From an uncultured Candidatus Binatia bacterium (lineage in GTDB: Bacteria; Desulfobacterota; Binatia; UBA9968; CAXXLF01): DNA of 64,000 nucleotides. The translations under genes and the position numbers were made by a program. This document shows positions 18,982-28,515 of the stretch, piece by piece. The notes beneath the pieces are model-generated. The model made no database searches. It saw nothing but the letters and a program-made list of their open reading frames with translations, and was not told where the DNA came from. Position 1 is the stretch's first letter. The number at the start of each line of letters is the position of its first letter. The DNA lies in contig OZ244621.1 in assembly GCA_965218425.1 (NCBI GenBank), positions 1,056,001 to 1,120,000 on the forward strand, read 5' to 3'.

Positions 18982-20265
18982 ATGCAACCCGAGGACCCTA
19001 AATCCAACTCTGAGTCACAGGACCAGCCCTCGACTCGTAGCACTGCCCTCACCACCCTACGGCACCGGGATTTTCGTCTGCTCTGGTTTGGCCAGTTAGT
19101 CTCCACCATGGGAGACCAAATGCAAACCGTAGCCATAGGGTGGCATATATTCATTTTGACGGATTCGACACTCCAGGTAGGTCTGGTGGGCTTGGCCCGT
19201 GTGATCCCCTTCCTGCTGCTTTCTTTCATTGGCGGAGATCTTGCAGACCGGGTGAGCCGCAAGAAATTAATATTAGCCACCCAGGGCGTATTAATGTTGC
19301 CAACTCTGGCGTTGACTGTAGGAACAGCCTTGGGTGTAGTTACCCCAGGGTTTATTTATTTAGTCTCGGTCATCTCCGGGGCGGCAACGGCCTTCGATGC
19401 GCCGGCACGCCAGTCCATCCTTCCCAACCTTGTACCCCGAAACGAGCTGGCCAACGCCTTGACTCTCAACTCTATCAACCGACAAACGGCCACCATTGCT
19501 GGTCCCGGTCTCGGGGGACTGGTAATCGGCTTTTTCGGCTTGGCTCCGACCTATGCGCTCAACGTGATCACTTTTATGGCCGTAATCATCGCGCTGCTGC
19601 TCATGTCGGCGGTCCCAGCACCATCGCGCGGGGGGGGCCGTAAATGGAGCGATGTCCTCGGGGGCTTTCACTTTGTACGCAAGGAACCCCTAGTACTGCT
19701 ACCACTCACCGTGGATCTTACAGTGACATTGCTACGTACCTATCGTGTTCTGCTGCCCGTTTTCGTACGGGACGTATTGGGCCTTGGACCCGAAGCCCTG
19801 GGACTACTTCACTCGGCGGGCGCAGTGGGAGCGCTGGTCGGAGCCGGGGTGCTTGGCGCCATCGGTGATATCAGGCACAAAATCGCCGTTATGCTAGTCG
19901 CCTATGCGTCTCAAGGGGTGTTCCTCATGGGTTTTGCTTTTTCCCGTACACTTTCCCTAGCACTGCTGATGTTGGTGAGCTATGGAGTCGGCAATGTAGT
20001 ATCCGAGGTCATGCGGGTTACCCTAGTGCAGTTGAGAACGCCCGATAACCTGAGGGGCAGGGTAACGGCTTTGGCTGCCATGTTCACCAACGGTGGGCCA
20101 CAACTCGGGCAGGTAAATCTCGGTGCCCTCACAACGTTGCTTGGACCGGTGGGAGCCGCTATCCTAGGAGGCATCGGCGTGGTATTGGCTTGCGCGGGCT
20201 TTGCCCTGCTGCCCCCTCTGCGCCAAGGTATGAAAGAACAGAAGGAAGCAGTCCTCGGTTCGTGA
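18982..20265 (+). CDS. MFS transporter (EntS/DHA3-like)
   Basis: LRHRDFRLLW, GxxADRVSRK, PARQS and TPDNLRGRV motifs; ~12 hydrophobic segments. Confidence 0.92.
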   Translation: MQPEDPKSNSESQDQPSTRSTALTTLRHRDFRLLWFGQLVSTMGDQMQTVAIGWHIFILTDSTLQVGLVGLARVIPFLLLSFIGGDLADRVSRKKLILATQGVLMLPTLALTVGTALGVVTPGFIYLVSVISGAATAFDAPARQSILPNLVPRNELANALTLNSINRQTATIAGPGLGGLVIGFFGLAPTYALNVITFMAVIIALLLMSAVPAPSRGGGRKWSDVLGGFHFVRKEPLVLLPLTVDLTVTLLRTYRVLLPVFVRDVLGLGPEALGLLHSAGAVGALVGAGVLGAIGDIRHKIAVMLVAYASQGVFLMGFAFSRTLSLALLMLVSYGVGNVVSEVMRVTLVQLRTPDNLRGRVTALAAMFTNGGPQLGQVNLGALTTLLGPVGAAILGGIGVVLACAGFALLPPLRQGMKEQKEAVLGS

Positions 20266-20430
20266 CCTGTGATCTAGTAGCGCTCAATCCGACTTCGCTC
20301 TAGACTGGTGACGATTCGACCACGATCCTTCGATCAATGGGATGGTCTCAAAGATGGAGGTTCGATACCTTTCCCAATAATTCTCATTCCCGTAGCGATT
20401 TCTGCAGTACGATAGCTGATCAGGTACCAG

Positions 20431-20825
20431 GTGCGTGTGGATCAAATCCTCGCGGTGAAGAAAACCTCAGACGCGCTTCCCTTCACCTTGCCACCTCTAC
20501 CCAAAGTTAACTTCGAACACACCACATTACTAACGGTTGGGAAATCGCTAAGCTCTGAAGACATTAAGGCTGTGTTCACACCACGGAAAACCGCAAGGAC
20601 GCGTTGTTATTGTTAGTCCAAGCGGTGGCGTCCAATCCAAAGGTCTGGGGCGAATTCAGCGAGCACCATATGGCTGAGGCTCTGGCGACGGGAGTTCTCG
20701 ACGGCCTTACCAAAGACCCCACGAACCTCCTGAGCGCTACCATAATGACGGAGATATTCAAACAGGGGCCGAGGGCCATCAGCCGAGGGGGAACCTTATT
20801 CCTACAGCGAGAGGGCGCTGCGTGA
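20431..20825 (+). pseudogene. Possible frameshifted remnant of an unknown gene
   Basis: ORFs 20431-20616 and 20604-20825 overlap and could join through one shift near 20582. No family recognised. Confidence 0.25.
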
Positions 20826-20936
20826 AAGGAAGTGAAGTGGACAAACCAAGCACCGCAGAAGTCACCGGACCCTCATGTTCGGTGCCCTCGCCTGTCGAGG
20901 CTCGCCCCCTCCACCGACACTAAGTCATGGAATGGT

Positions 20937-21779
20937 TTATCGCTTGATGGTGGTGGAAGACAGTGGCTTGGACGCGGCGTGATAGCGTTCAAACCATTCC
21001 ACTTCACCCATGGCCCCTGTATAGGCGATTCTTAGGGCCTCACGATCGATGGGCTCGATCTCACCCAGTGCAATGGCTTCAATACGCTCCTTTGAAACCG
21101 GATTGCCATACTGGTAATTGCGTCCATGGAGACGAACCGTGGAGTATTCACGAATCACCTCGAGAGCCTTATTTTCCTCCTCTTCCGTCTTCACCAAACT
21201 ATAGAGGGGGTGACGGTTTCCCAGAACATCACCGTGGGCCATCTCATCATGGAGGATGATCTTACCCACCTCGGCTAGAAGTTTTTCGTAGTCACCGCCT
21301 TTAAGACCGACGACGCCAAAGGCCACCGAGCCTGCACCGCCACTGTTAAAGGAGCCCGCGGACTCGTGCAGCGGGGATATTTTGGCCCATTTCGCCCGGC
21401 AGTCTCTTTCCTTTCGTCCGTACTGGGTCCACTCGGCAGCGTCCCGCTGGACGTTTAGTTCCTTCCAGTCCACCCGCTCGCCGCTGATGCCTTCCAACAG
21501 GTAAGCCAGGGTGGCGTAGTGCCTGATCTCAAAGTAGTGCTCCGCCAACTCGTGCACTAAATCCTCCCGCCGAAGCCCATGGTCTGTCCGTTCCACCATC
21601 TTCGTCAATTCACCCTGGGAGATTTCACGCAGATTACGGACTTCACGAGCCACCTGAATCCTGAGAGCGAACACATGCTGTTCGATGGGACGCGGCTTGG
21701 AGTAGAACGTCGTTGAGATCTCGGCCTCACCCGCCCGGAACCGCGCGCATGCGTCTTCGACCTTATCCATTAGAGGCAT
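20937..21779 (-). CDS. Ferritin-like superfamily protein (putative di-metal site)
   Basis: Helical protein with AREVRN, EIRH and DEMAH (ExxH) motifs. SD AGGAG precedes MPLMDK. Confidence 0.6.
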   Translation of the reverse strand: MPLMDKVEDACARFRAGEAEISTTFYSKPRPIEQHVFALRIQVAREVRNLREISQGELTKMVERTDHGLRREDLVHELAEHYFEIRHYATLAYLLEGISGERVDWKELNVQRDAAEWTQYGRKERDCRAKWAKISPLHESAGSFNSGGAGSVAFGVVGLKGGDYEKLLAEVGKIILHDEMAHGDVLGNRHPLYSLVKTEEEENKALEVIREYSTVRLHGRNYQYGNPVSKERIEAIALGEIEPIDREALRIAYTGAMGEVEWFERYHAASKPLSSTTIKR

Positions 21780-21949
21780 GGTCACTTTCTCCTTCTTGCA
21801 CCTTGTTTTCCTGCCATTGGAAGTTGCTCCAAGCCTATACATTCTGATCGTACACTGTCAAATCCACCGGGGGCGTTGACCCGGCTCGGGCCATTGTGAT
21901 ACCACAGTTTTTTAGGAGAATCCTAAATTCGTCTAAGGAGGTCGGCCAA

Positions 21950-22330
21950 ATGTCCATCGAATTCGTCGACATGCATAAACTGGCAAAGGAAAAGAAGCGA
22001 AAAAGCATTATGAACACCCCGCGCTTCCATGCTTGGCATCACTACTATCCTCCGGGCCGCAAGGACGAGATGCACTGCCACAATGCAGACCAGACCTTTA
22101 TTGTAATCGACGGGGAGTGCACTATGACTTTCCCTGACGGCAGCAGGAAAGTGCTCAAGCCAGGCATGGTGGCAATGATTACCGGGGGATCTTTTTATCG
22201 GCTAGAGAACACCGGTTCAGGTCCTATGATTATGATGGGTAACCGCTCAGGACCGGAAGCAACTCTCAAAACTATCAGTTACGAGACAGGCAAGGAAATC
22301 ATCTTTAACAGCTCTCCCAAGGCATCCTAG
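21950..22330 (+). CDS. Cupin domain protein
   Basis: MHCHNADQTF...GEC...LKPG...YRLENTG; SD AAGGAGG. Confidence 0.85.
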   Translation: MSIEFVDMHKLAKEKKRKSIMNTPRFHAWHHYYPPGRKDEMHCHNADQTFIVIDGECTMTFPDGSRKVLKPGMVAMITGGSFYRLENTGSGPMIMMGNRSGPEATLKTISYETGKEIIFNSSPKAS

Positions 22331-22369
22331 GCGATTGTCTCTGGGACTGTGAATTGGAACACTATCGAT

Positions 22370-22801
22370 TCACGTCTTTCCCTTGAAATAGGGGCCCGGC
22401 GTTTTTCCTTCCGCACAGTCCTTGAGCCGGTACAGCAAGACGCCCCAGATGGCGTTGCACGTGCCAAACCAACCATCGGCGGAAACCCAATCGGCGTGGG
22501 TCAGGTAGAGTTCCGTTGAGTCGCCCTGGGCCTCTAACCGCCACGAGATGCGCGTTCCCTTCCACTCCTCGTGTTCTCCGAGACAGTCCCATACCACCCG
22601 GTTGTCGGGAACAAGCTCCGCCACACGAGCATGCAGACGAGTTCCCTCCTCACCATGGCTGAACTCTGCCAAGCCTCCGACCCCGGGCTCCACGGTCATG
22701 TCTGCCGTCCACCATGCCCGCATTCCCTCTTGTGTGGAAAGCGTCTGGTAAACCTTGCGAGGCGAAGCATAAATCCTCACCTGCTGTCTCATCTGTGACA
22801 T
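22370..22801 (-). CDS. SRPBCC/AHSA1-like domain protein
   Basis: KVYQTLST..G..WWT, ELVPDNRVVWDC, EWKGT and LTHADW motifs. Confidence 0.88.
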   Translation of the reverse strand: MSQMRQQVRIYASPRKVYQTLSTQEGMRAWWTADMTVEPGVGGLAEFSHGEEGTRLHARVAELVPDNRVVWDCLGEHEEWKGTRISWRLEAQGDSTELYLTHADWVSADGWFGTCNAIWGVLLYRLKDCAEGKTPGPYFKGKT

Positions 22802-22850
22802 TCAGACGTCCTCAGTCTTTAAGATCGCCAGGGTCTTTGGCAAGTGCGGT

Positions 22851-23315
22851 CTAACCTTTCCAATCGTAGTTGAGGGCTGTGAAATCGACGACATAATTCC
22901 CGCCTGCTTTGACCGAGCGAGGCAGCTTGTCCGCGTCCCTTAACCCCTCTGGACAATACAGCTCAAACAGGTTCCCTGAAGGGTCACGGAAATACATAAG
23001 GGCCTCTATACCATGTCTGGTCCACGGCCCAGGGATCGGAATGCCAGACGCTTTCAAGTGTTCTATAAAAGGATAAAAATCTTCCGGTGCCATGGTGAAG
23101 GCGTAATGTGGATACTCCGCGTCGGGTCCCGTCCAGCCGCTTTTTTGCTGTGACAACCCGATGGTTGCGCCTCCCACCTCGACTTCGGCAAAACCGGGTG
23201 CGAGGTCCCTGACATTTTTACCCCCAAGCACCCCGGAATAAAATCGCTTTGACTCCTCCAGATTTTTCACTGGGATGCTGGCATGGTTAAAGGTACCTAA
23301 TTTTGAACTCGACAT
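22851..23315 (-). CDS. VOC (glyoxalase/bleomycin resistance) family protein
   Basis: NHASIPVKNLEES..FY, HYAF and YFRDPSGNLFEL motifs. Confidence 0.9.
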   Translation of the reverse strand: MSSSKLGTFNHASIPVKNLEESKRFYSGVLGGKNVRDLAPGFAEVEVGGATIGLSQQKSGWTGPDAEYPHYAFTMAPEDFYPFIEHLKASGIPIPGPWTRHGIEALMYFRDPSGNLFELYCPEGLRDADKLPRSVKAGGNYVVDFTALNYDWKG

Positions 23316-23580
23316 GGCAACTTGCCTCCTTTCGTTACGTCTATTTCCTCTTGAAGCCATTGAGAGGAAATCCACAGTGCCGGCCTCCAATTACCATAAT
23401 CCTATTCACGGGGCAAATGGAAAGCTCAAGTGACTACAGACCGCGACAAACAACATCATCACAGAGGTACAAGGTGCAAGTTGACATTCCCAGTCGATTG
23501 TCGATATTTTCTCATTCAGCTCAACGATCCGCAAAGGATAGGTAAGTTGAAATACTCTTCGATCCAAAGGAAGCACCATT

Positions 23581-24555
23581 ATGAAAGTTGCCGTCATTGA
23601 CGATTATCAGGATGCTTTCCGCACGCTCGATTGTTATAAAAAATTGAGCGGCCACGACGTAACCGTCTATAACGACACCGAAAAAGACCCGGCTCGCCTT
23701 GCGGATCGGTTAAAAGACGCCGAAACAGTCATCCTGACCCAGCAACGCTCGCGCTTTCCGCGCGCCGTGATCGAACGACTCCCCAACCTCAAGCTGGTTA
23801 ACCAAACAGGTCGTAACGTGGGTCACATCGATGTGGACGCCTGCACCCAGCACGGGATCCTCGTGTCCGCAGGCGGTTCCGGCGATCCGCACACCACTGC
23901 GGAGCTCACCTGGTCACTCATACTCGCCGCTCTACGGTATATTCCCAAGGAAGTGAAAAATCTACGAGAAGGAAATTGGCAATCGACGCTAGGTACCCGC
24001 GTGAAAGGTAAGATATTGGGGATCTACGCCCTGGGCCGCATCGGCGGCATCGTAGCGAACGTGGGACAAGCCTTCGGGGCGCGCGTCTTGTGTTGGGGAC
24101 GAGAAGTTTCCACCGGGCGGGCTAGAGAGGCCGGCTACGACGTCGCGGAAAGTCGCGAAGCCTTCTTCAGGCAAGCCGACATCCTGAGCCTGCACATCCC
24201 CCTCAATCAGGAAACCCGTGGGATCATCACACGCCAGGATCTCGCACACATGAAACCCACGGCGCTGCTCGTGAACTCAAGTCGCGCAGGGCTCATCGCT
24301 GAGGGTGCCCTGGTGGAGGCCCTCCAGGCGGGACGCCCGGGTTTTGCCGCAGTGGACGTCTACGAGGACGAACCGGTCATCGGCGGAAACCATCCACTAC
24401 TAAAAATGGACAACGTGACTTGCACCCCTCACCTGGGTTACGTTACGAAGGATACCTACGAGTCTTACTTCGGGGCGATCGTCGATCAGATCCTCGCTTA
24501 CGCCGCCGGGAAACCCATCAATGTGATCAACCCACAGGCCGTTGGGCAGAAATAA
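23581..24555 (+). CDS. D-2-hydroxyacid dehydrogenase family protein
   Basis: DDYQ, LGRIG, NSSRAGLI, DVYEDEP and TPHLGY motifs. Confidence 0.92.
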   Translation: MKVAVIDDYQDAFRTLDCYKKLSGHDVTVYNDTEKDPARLADRLKDAETVILTQQRSRFPRAVIERLPNLKLVNQTGRNVGHIDVDACTQHGILVSAGGSGDPHTTAELTWSLILAALRYIPKEVKNLREGNWQSTLGTRVKGKILGIYALGRIGGIVANVGQAFGARVLCWGREVSTGRAREAGYDVAESREAFFRQADILSLHIPLNQETRGIITRQDLAHMKPTALLVNSSRAGLIAEGALVEALQAGRPGFAAVDVYEDEPVIGGNHPLLKMDNVTCTPHLGYVTKDTYESYFGAIVDQILAYAAGKPINVINPQAVGQK

Positions 24556-24741
24556 ATACTCTAAACTATACTGCGGCACCCCCGCCATCAGACCATCGGG
24601 GACTTGTATAAGTGAACGGAGTAGTTCTCTTCGACCTTTATTCATCTATGCAAGCCTTCTCTGAAAAGAGCAATTGAAATTGGGCACCGGCAAGGCTACG
24701 TTGTCCTCTATCAAGGCTAGAATTCAAGAAAGGAAGCCCCG

Positions 24742-25096
24742 ATGGCACAACCACAAGCCGGCATTATTCCTGAACCCAATCCCTAAGCACTGTTTCTCAT
24801 CCTGCGCGTCCTTGAACCAGCCGTCAACGGCCCACATCAGCCGGGTGGTTATTGAGGAGGACGGCGAGGAGTTGGAGATTGTCCGCCATAGCTTCCCTTA
24901 CGGAATCACATCGGAATCAGGGCTCTTCTTCATCGCCTATACCAAGAGCACCGACATCCCTGAAAAGATGCTCAATCGGATGATGGGAACCACCGGCGAC
25001 GGACTCCACGATCATCTGATGAACTATACCCAAGCAGTCACAGGGGCAATGTTCTTTGCCCCCTCTCTGAACACACTTAAGTCACGGGGAAGGTAA
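24742..25096 (+). pseudogene. Dyp-type peroxidase remnant (nonsense codon plus large internal deletion)
   Basis: SD then MAQPQAGIIPEPNP*ALFLILRV (DyP N-terminus), fused near 24830 to AHISRV...IVRHSFPYG...GLFFIAY...AVTGAMFFAPS (DyP C-terminus). The GxxDG region is missing. Confidence 0.8.
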
Positions 25097-25104
25097 GAGA
25101 TGGA

Positions 25105-26013
25105 CTAGCGATAGAGGCCTGCGATGAATCCGTCGGCTTCCAGTTCTTTCAAAATGCTATCTTCGACAAATTGACGGGGATCCGCTTGGGCGGCGAGGGG
25201 AAGCCCTTTCGCCATAGTATTCAATGCCGCCCGCAACGCCTCTAGCTTAGGAAAGGGAACCTTGGGCATCCCGGCCGCGGTCATGTCATAGGTTTCCTCC
25301 GCGATGGATGGATCCGACAGTGTGCTGTATTCTGCCTGAACCTTCACTGTAAAATCCCTGTCGGTCCGGTACCGGTGCATCCCCTCCGCATAGGACTTGA
25401 TAAAGCTTTTTGTATTTTCCAAGTTTTTCGAGATGTAGCTCCTGCGGGAGGCAATTCCACCCAGGGCAAAGTTCATTCCGTAATCCGTAAAGTCCACAAG
25501 GAACCGACACCCTCGCCTTCTTGCCTCCATGGCATCAGGAGGGGTTAAAATGGTTGCATCGCACTCGCCACGGATTAACCCGTTGAGTCTCACTCCTTCT
25601 TCAGCAGACATTTGGATGGGCCGGATCCCTTGAAGCTTTAGGCGATGGATCACGAAATCAGCCATCACATCGGACAGCCCTCCATCTCCCGGGACACCGA
25701 AGGCCATTCCCGTGAGCTGTTCCACGCTCTCTATGCCGGGACGACCTACCAGAAATTGCTGGTTGATGCCGCCGGTCAGGTAGACGAGATCCAGGTTTTC
25801 TTCCAGGCAGAGCCGCATCATATTGGGAGCGGCCAGATTCCCGAACTGGATCTCACCGCTCATCAACCCGCGCACAACCCCCCGGGCGCCGCCCATGAGA
25901 CGGGTTTGAACCTGCAGGCCGTACTTCTCGAATAGTCCCGCCCGCTCGGTAACGATGAGGGGTCCCGCACCTTGCCCTTTGGTGGCGTAACCCGCCGTTA
26001 GTGAATTCGCCAT
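25105..26013 (-). CDS. NMT1/THI5/TauA-like substrate-binding-fold protein with no signal peptide
   Basis: GLFEKYGL, GEIQFG, TPP and FVEDSILKELEADGFI motifs. The N-terminus starts directly in the mature fold. Confidence 0.75.
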   Translation of the reverse strand: MANSLTAGYATKGQGAGPLIVTERAGLFEKYGLQVQTRLMGGARGVVRGLMSGEIQFGNLAAPNMMRLCLEENLDLVYLTGGINQQFLVGRPGIESVEQLTGMAFGVPGDGGLSDVMADFVIHRLKLQGIRPIQMSAEEGVRLNGLIRGECDATILTPPDAMEARRRGCRFLVDFTDYGMNFALGGIASRRSYISKNLENTKSFIKSYAEGMHRYRTDRDFTVKVQAEYSTLSDPSIAEETYDMTAAGMPKVPFPKLEALRAALNTMAKGLPLAAQADPRQFVEDSILKELEADGFIAGLYR

Positions 26014-26056
26014 CCTTAAACCTCTCTCTCCCCCCTGGAGCCCTGATGACTACAAC

Positions 26057-27082
26057 TCAAACCCCGCCAAAGCCTTCATCCTGCGCGCCACTTAGTAGCC
26101 AGGGGTCCTTGATTTCTGTGGTAGGTGATTGACCGGTGAGGACCCGTGCCACTTCTCGCGCCGCATGGGTTTGACAGTCCACATAGGACTCGTTGGAGTT
26201 GGCGGCTGTATGGCCCGTGACGATGACGTTGGGGAGGGTGAGGATCTTGTGATCGGCCGGTATCGGCTCAGGGTCCGTGACATCAAGGGCTGCGCCAGCA
26301 AGTTGACCTGAGATCAAAGCATCGTACAGGGCATCCGTGTCCACGAGACCTCCGCGAGCACAGTTGATGAGAAACGCCGTTGGTTTCATGGCCGCTATTC
26401 GCTCCCGGTTAAACATCTTTCGCGTGACTCCTGTCAGGGGAGCGTGGATGCTAATGAAATCGGAAATCCGCACAAGGTCATCCAGGGACACCAGAGGAAC
26501 ACCAAGGTCTTGGGCGACATTCGGGTCTAGATAAGGATCCACAGCCTGCACCCTTAACTTCATTCCTTGCGCGCGGGGCGCAACCTGCCGACCCACGTGA
26601 CCTAGCCCAACGATCCCTAGGGTCCGTCCCGTGATGCGCGACACGGGACCACGAAAGGCATGCAACTCGGTGGTGTGGCGCCGCCAGCGCCCATCATGCA
26701 CGTACTGGTTCATGCGCACGAGCTTTCGCGCAGACGCAATCAGCAACCCGATGGTCTGTTCTGCCACCTCGATGGCGTTGCAACCCGCCGCATTGCTCAC
26801 TACGATACCGCGCTCAGCCGCGGCCTCAAGATCCATTCGATCTACCCCAACCCCGGTGCGGCACACGACCTTGCAGCGTTTTAGCTGCTGGATAATCTCC
26901 CGGGTGAAGGGAATCGAGCCGTGGAAGATCAGCCCGTCCGCATCGCGTCCTGCTTCAGCCACTTCGGCTTCCGACTTTGGCCTTTCAATGATCATTTCTG
27001 CATCGATCTCATCAAGTATTGGCTTGATCAGGTCCACAGGAACCTCATTGCTGCCGCAATAGACCACATGGTATTTAGCCAT
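26057..27082 (-). CDS. D-isomer specific 2-hydroxyacid dehydrogenase (PGDH/CtBP-like)
   Basis: GVGVD, GIVGLGHVG, INCARG and DVTDPEP motifs. Confidence 0.9.
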   Translation of the reverse strand: MAKYHVVYCGSNEVPVDLIKPILDEIDAEMIIERPKSEAEVAEAGRDADGLIFHGSIPFTREIIQQLKRCKVVCRTGVGVDRMDLEAAAERGIVVSNAAGCNAIEVAEQTIGLLIASARKLVRMNQYVHDGRWRRHTTELHAFRGPVSRITGRTLGIVGLGHVGRQVAPRAQGMKLRVQAVDPYLDPNVAQDLGVPLVSLDDLVRISDFISIHAPLTGVTRKMFNRERIAAMKPTAFLINCARGGLVDTDALYDALISGQLAGAALDVTDPEPIPADHKILTLPNVIVTGHTAANSNESYVDCQTHAAREVARVLTGQSPTTEIKDPWLLSGAQDEGFGGV

Positions 27083-27084
27083 CA

Positions 27085-28218
27085 CTAAGCCTCCAACCCG
27101 TAAAGCCTGACTGGATTGTCCCACAGGATTTTCCGTCGTGCTTCGGTGCTAAACTCGCCGTTTGCGCTGAGGGCCCCCACGGTTAGATCCGGGAATTTCC
27201 CAACGGCGTCGCTATGGGGGTAATCAGTGGCGACGGTCAGGTAATCCGATCCCACATGCTCCACGAAGCAGGGTACAAGTTCTTCCCCTGCCTCGCAGCT
27301 TACCCAACACTGGCGCTTGAAATAAAAACTGGGTTTTTCCTTGGTGATTTTGGCGGAGCCGTGGGAGGCATGCTCCCAATGCTCGTCCATCCGCTCCAAC
27401 CAAAATGGGACCCAACCACAACCCGATTCCAGGTGGGCCACCCTGAGACGGGGAAAGCGTTCCAGGACGCCGTCCGCGCAGAGGCTGAGACACGCGAGCA
27501 TCTGTTCGATGGGATGGCAGGCAATGTGGCGGCCGAATTCGCTGTAGTGGTCCGACCCCGCCTGGGGCAGCACAGTGCGCGCGCCCTCATGGACGCATAG
27601 GGTGACGCCAAGTTCGGATGCCGCTTCATAGATAGGAAAATAATCGGGGCTCGAGAGGGTTCGACCGCAAAGCTTGTTGGGACGCCAGAAAATACCCACC
27701 AGGCCTAGTTTCTCCTTTGCGTGCCTGAGCTCGGTGACGGCCCGAGCGGGATCCTGCAGGGGGATGAGAGCGACACCGTACAACCGAGAGCCGTTGTGGC
27801 TACAGTATTCCGCCAGCCATGTATTGTACGCACGGCAGATGGCGGCGCTAAGCTCGGGGTCCAAGTTATCGCGCCACATGATGTAGAGGCCTAGAGTAGG
27901 AAAGAGAACGCTCACGTCGATGCCTTCGCGGTCCATGTCACGCAAATTGGAGGCGGGATCAAACCGCGCCGCCAAGGCCTCGGCGAAAGTCTCACGCCAG
28001 CGCTTCGACCCGGCAAAGATGTAGCCGAAGTCCTCCGGGGGTCGATTCGGCCGGCGGTGCGAATCTGACACCGGTTCGCCGTCCACGAAGCGGTTCGTTT
28101 GATTAGGTCCCTCCACCTTAACCCGTCCCCGAAACCGCTCGGGTAGATACCGATCGTAAAGGTCAGACGGCTCCAAAACATGCCGGTCGGCATCTACTAT
28201 CTTAAATCCATCTCTCAT
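27085..28218 (-). CDS. Amidohydrolase_2 family metal-dependent hydrolase/decarboxylase
   Basis: DADRH, SVLFPT, CRAYN, VHEG and ATDYPHSD motifs. Confidence 0.92.
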   Translation of the reverse strand: MRDGFKIVDADRHVLEPSDLYDRYLPERFRGRVKVEGPNQTNRFVDGEPVSDSHRRPNRPPEDFGYIFAGSKRWRETFAEALAARFDPASNLRDMDREGIDVSVLFPTLGLYIMWRDNLDPELSAAICRAYNTWLAEYCSHNGSRLYGVALIPLQDPARAVTELRHAKEKLGLVGIFWRPNKLCGRTLSSPDYFPIYEAASELGVTLCVHEGARTVLPQAGSDHYSEFGRHIACHPIEQMLACLSLCADGVLERFPRLRVAHLESGCGWVPFWLERMDEHWEHASHGSAKITKEKPSFYFKRQCWVSCEAGEELVPCFVEHVGSDYLTVATDYPHSDAVGKFPDLTVGALSANGEFSTEARRKILWDNPVRLYGLEA

Positions 28219-28515
28219 TGTTAACTCCTTTCCGGCAAAGCAAGTACTTCGTCCGTGCAGGTGAATTGACCCGATTCCTACATGGCCACCTCCGATTGTC
28301 AAGCTCACCTACCAGGGTTCATAGACTCTTGATCCCATCTCCCATGGTGATATGAGGCTCTCTGAGCATCATCTTGGTAACTGCACTCAATGAGTCGGGT
28401 CAAAGATAATCAATATTGACCATCCCGTGAAATCTTATTAAAGGTTGCTTCTGAGTCGGAATTGCTTATAAAGTAACCTTTCGTTGATCCAGGAGATTCT
28501 TTCAAGGATAGGTTT

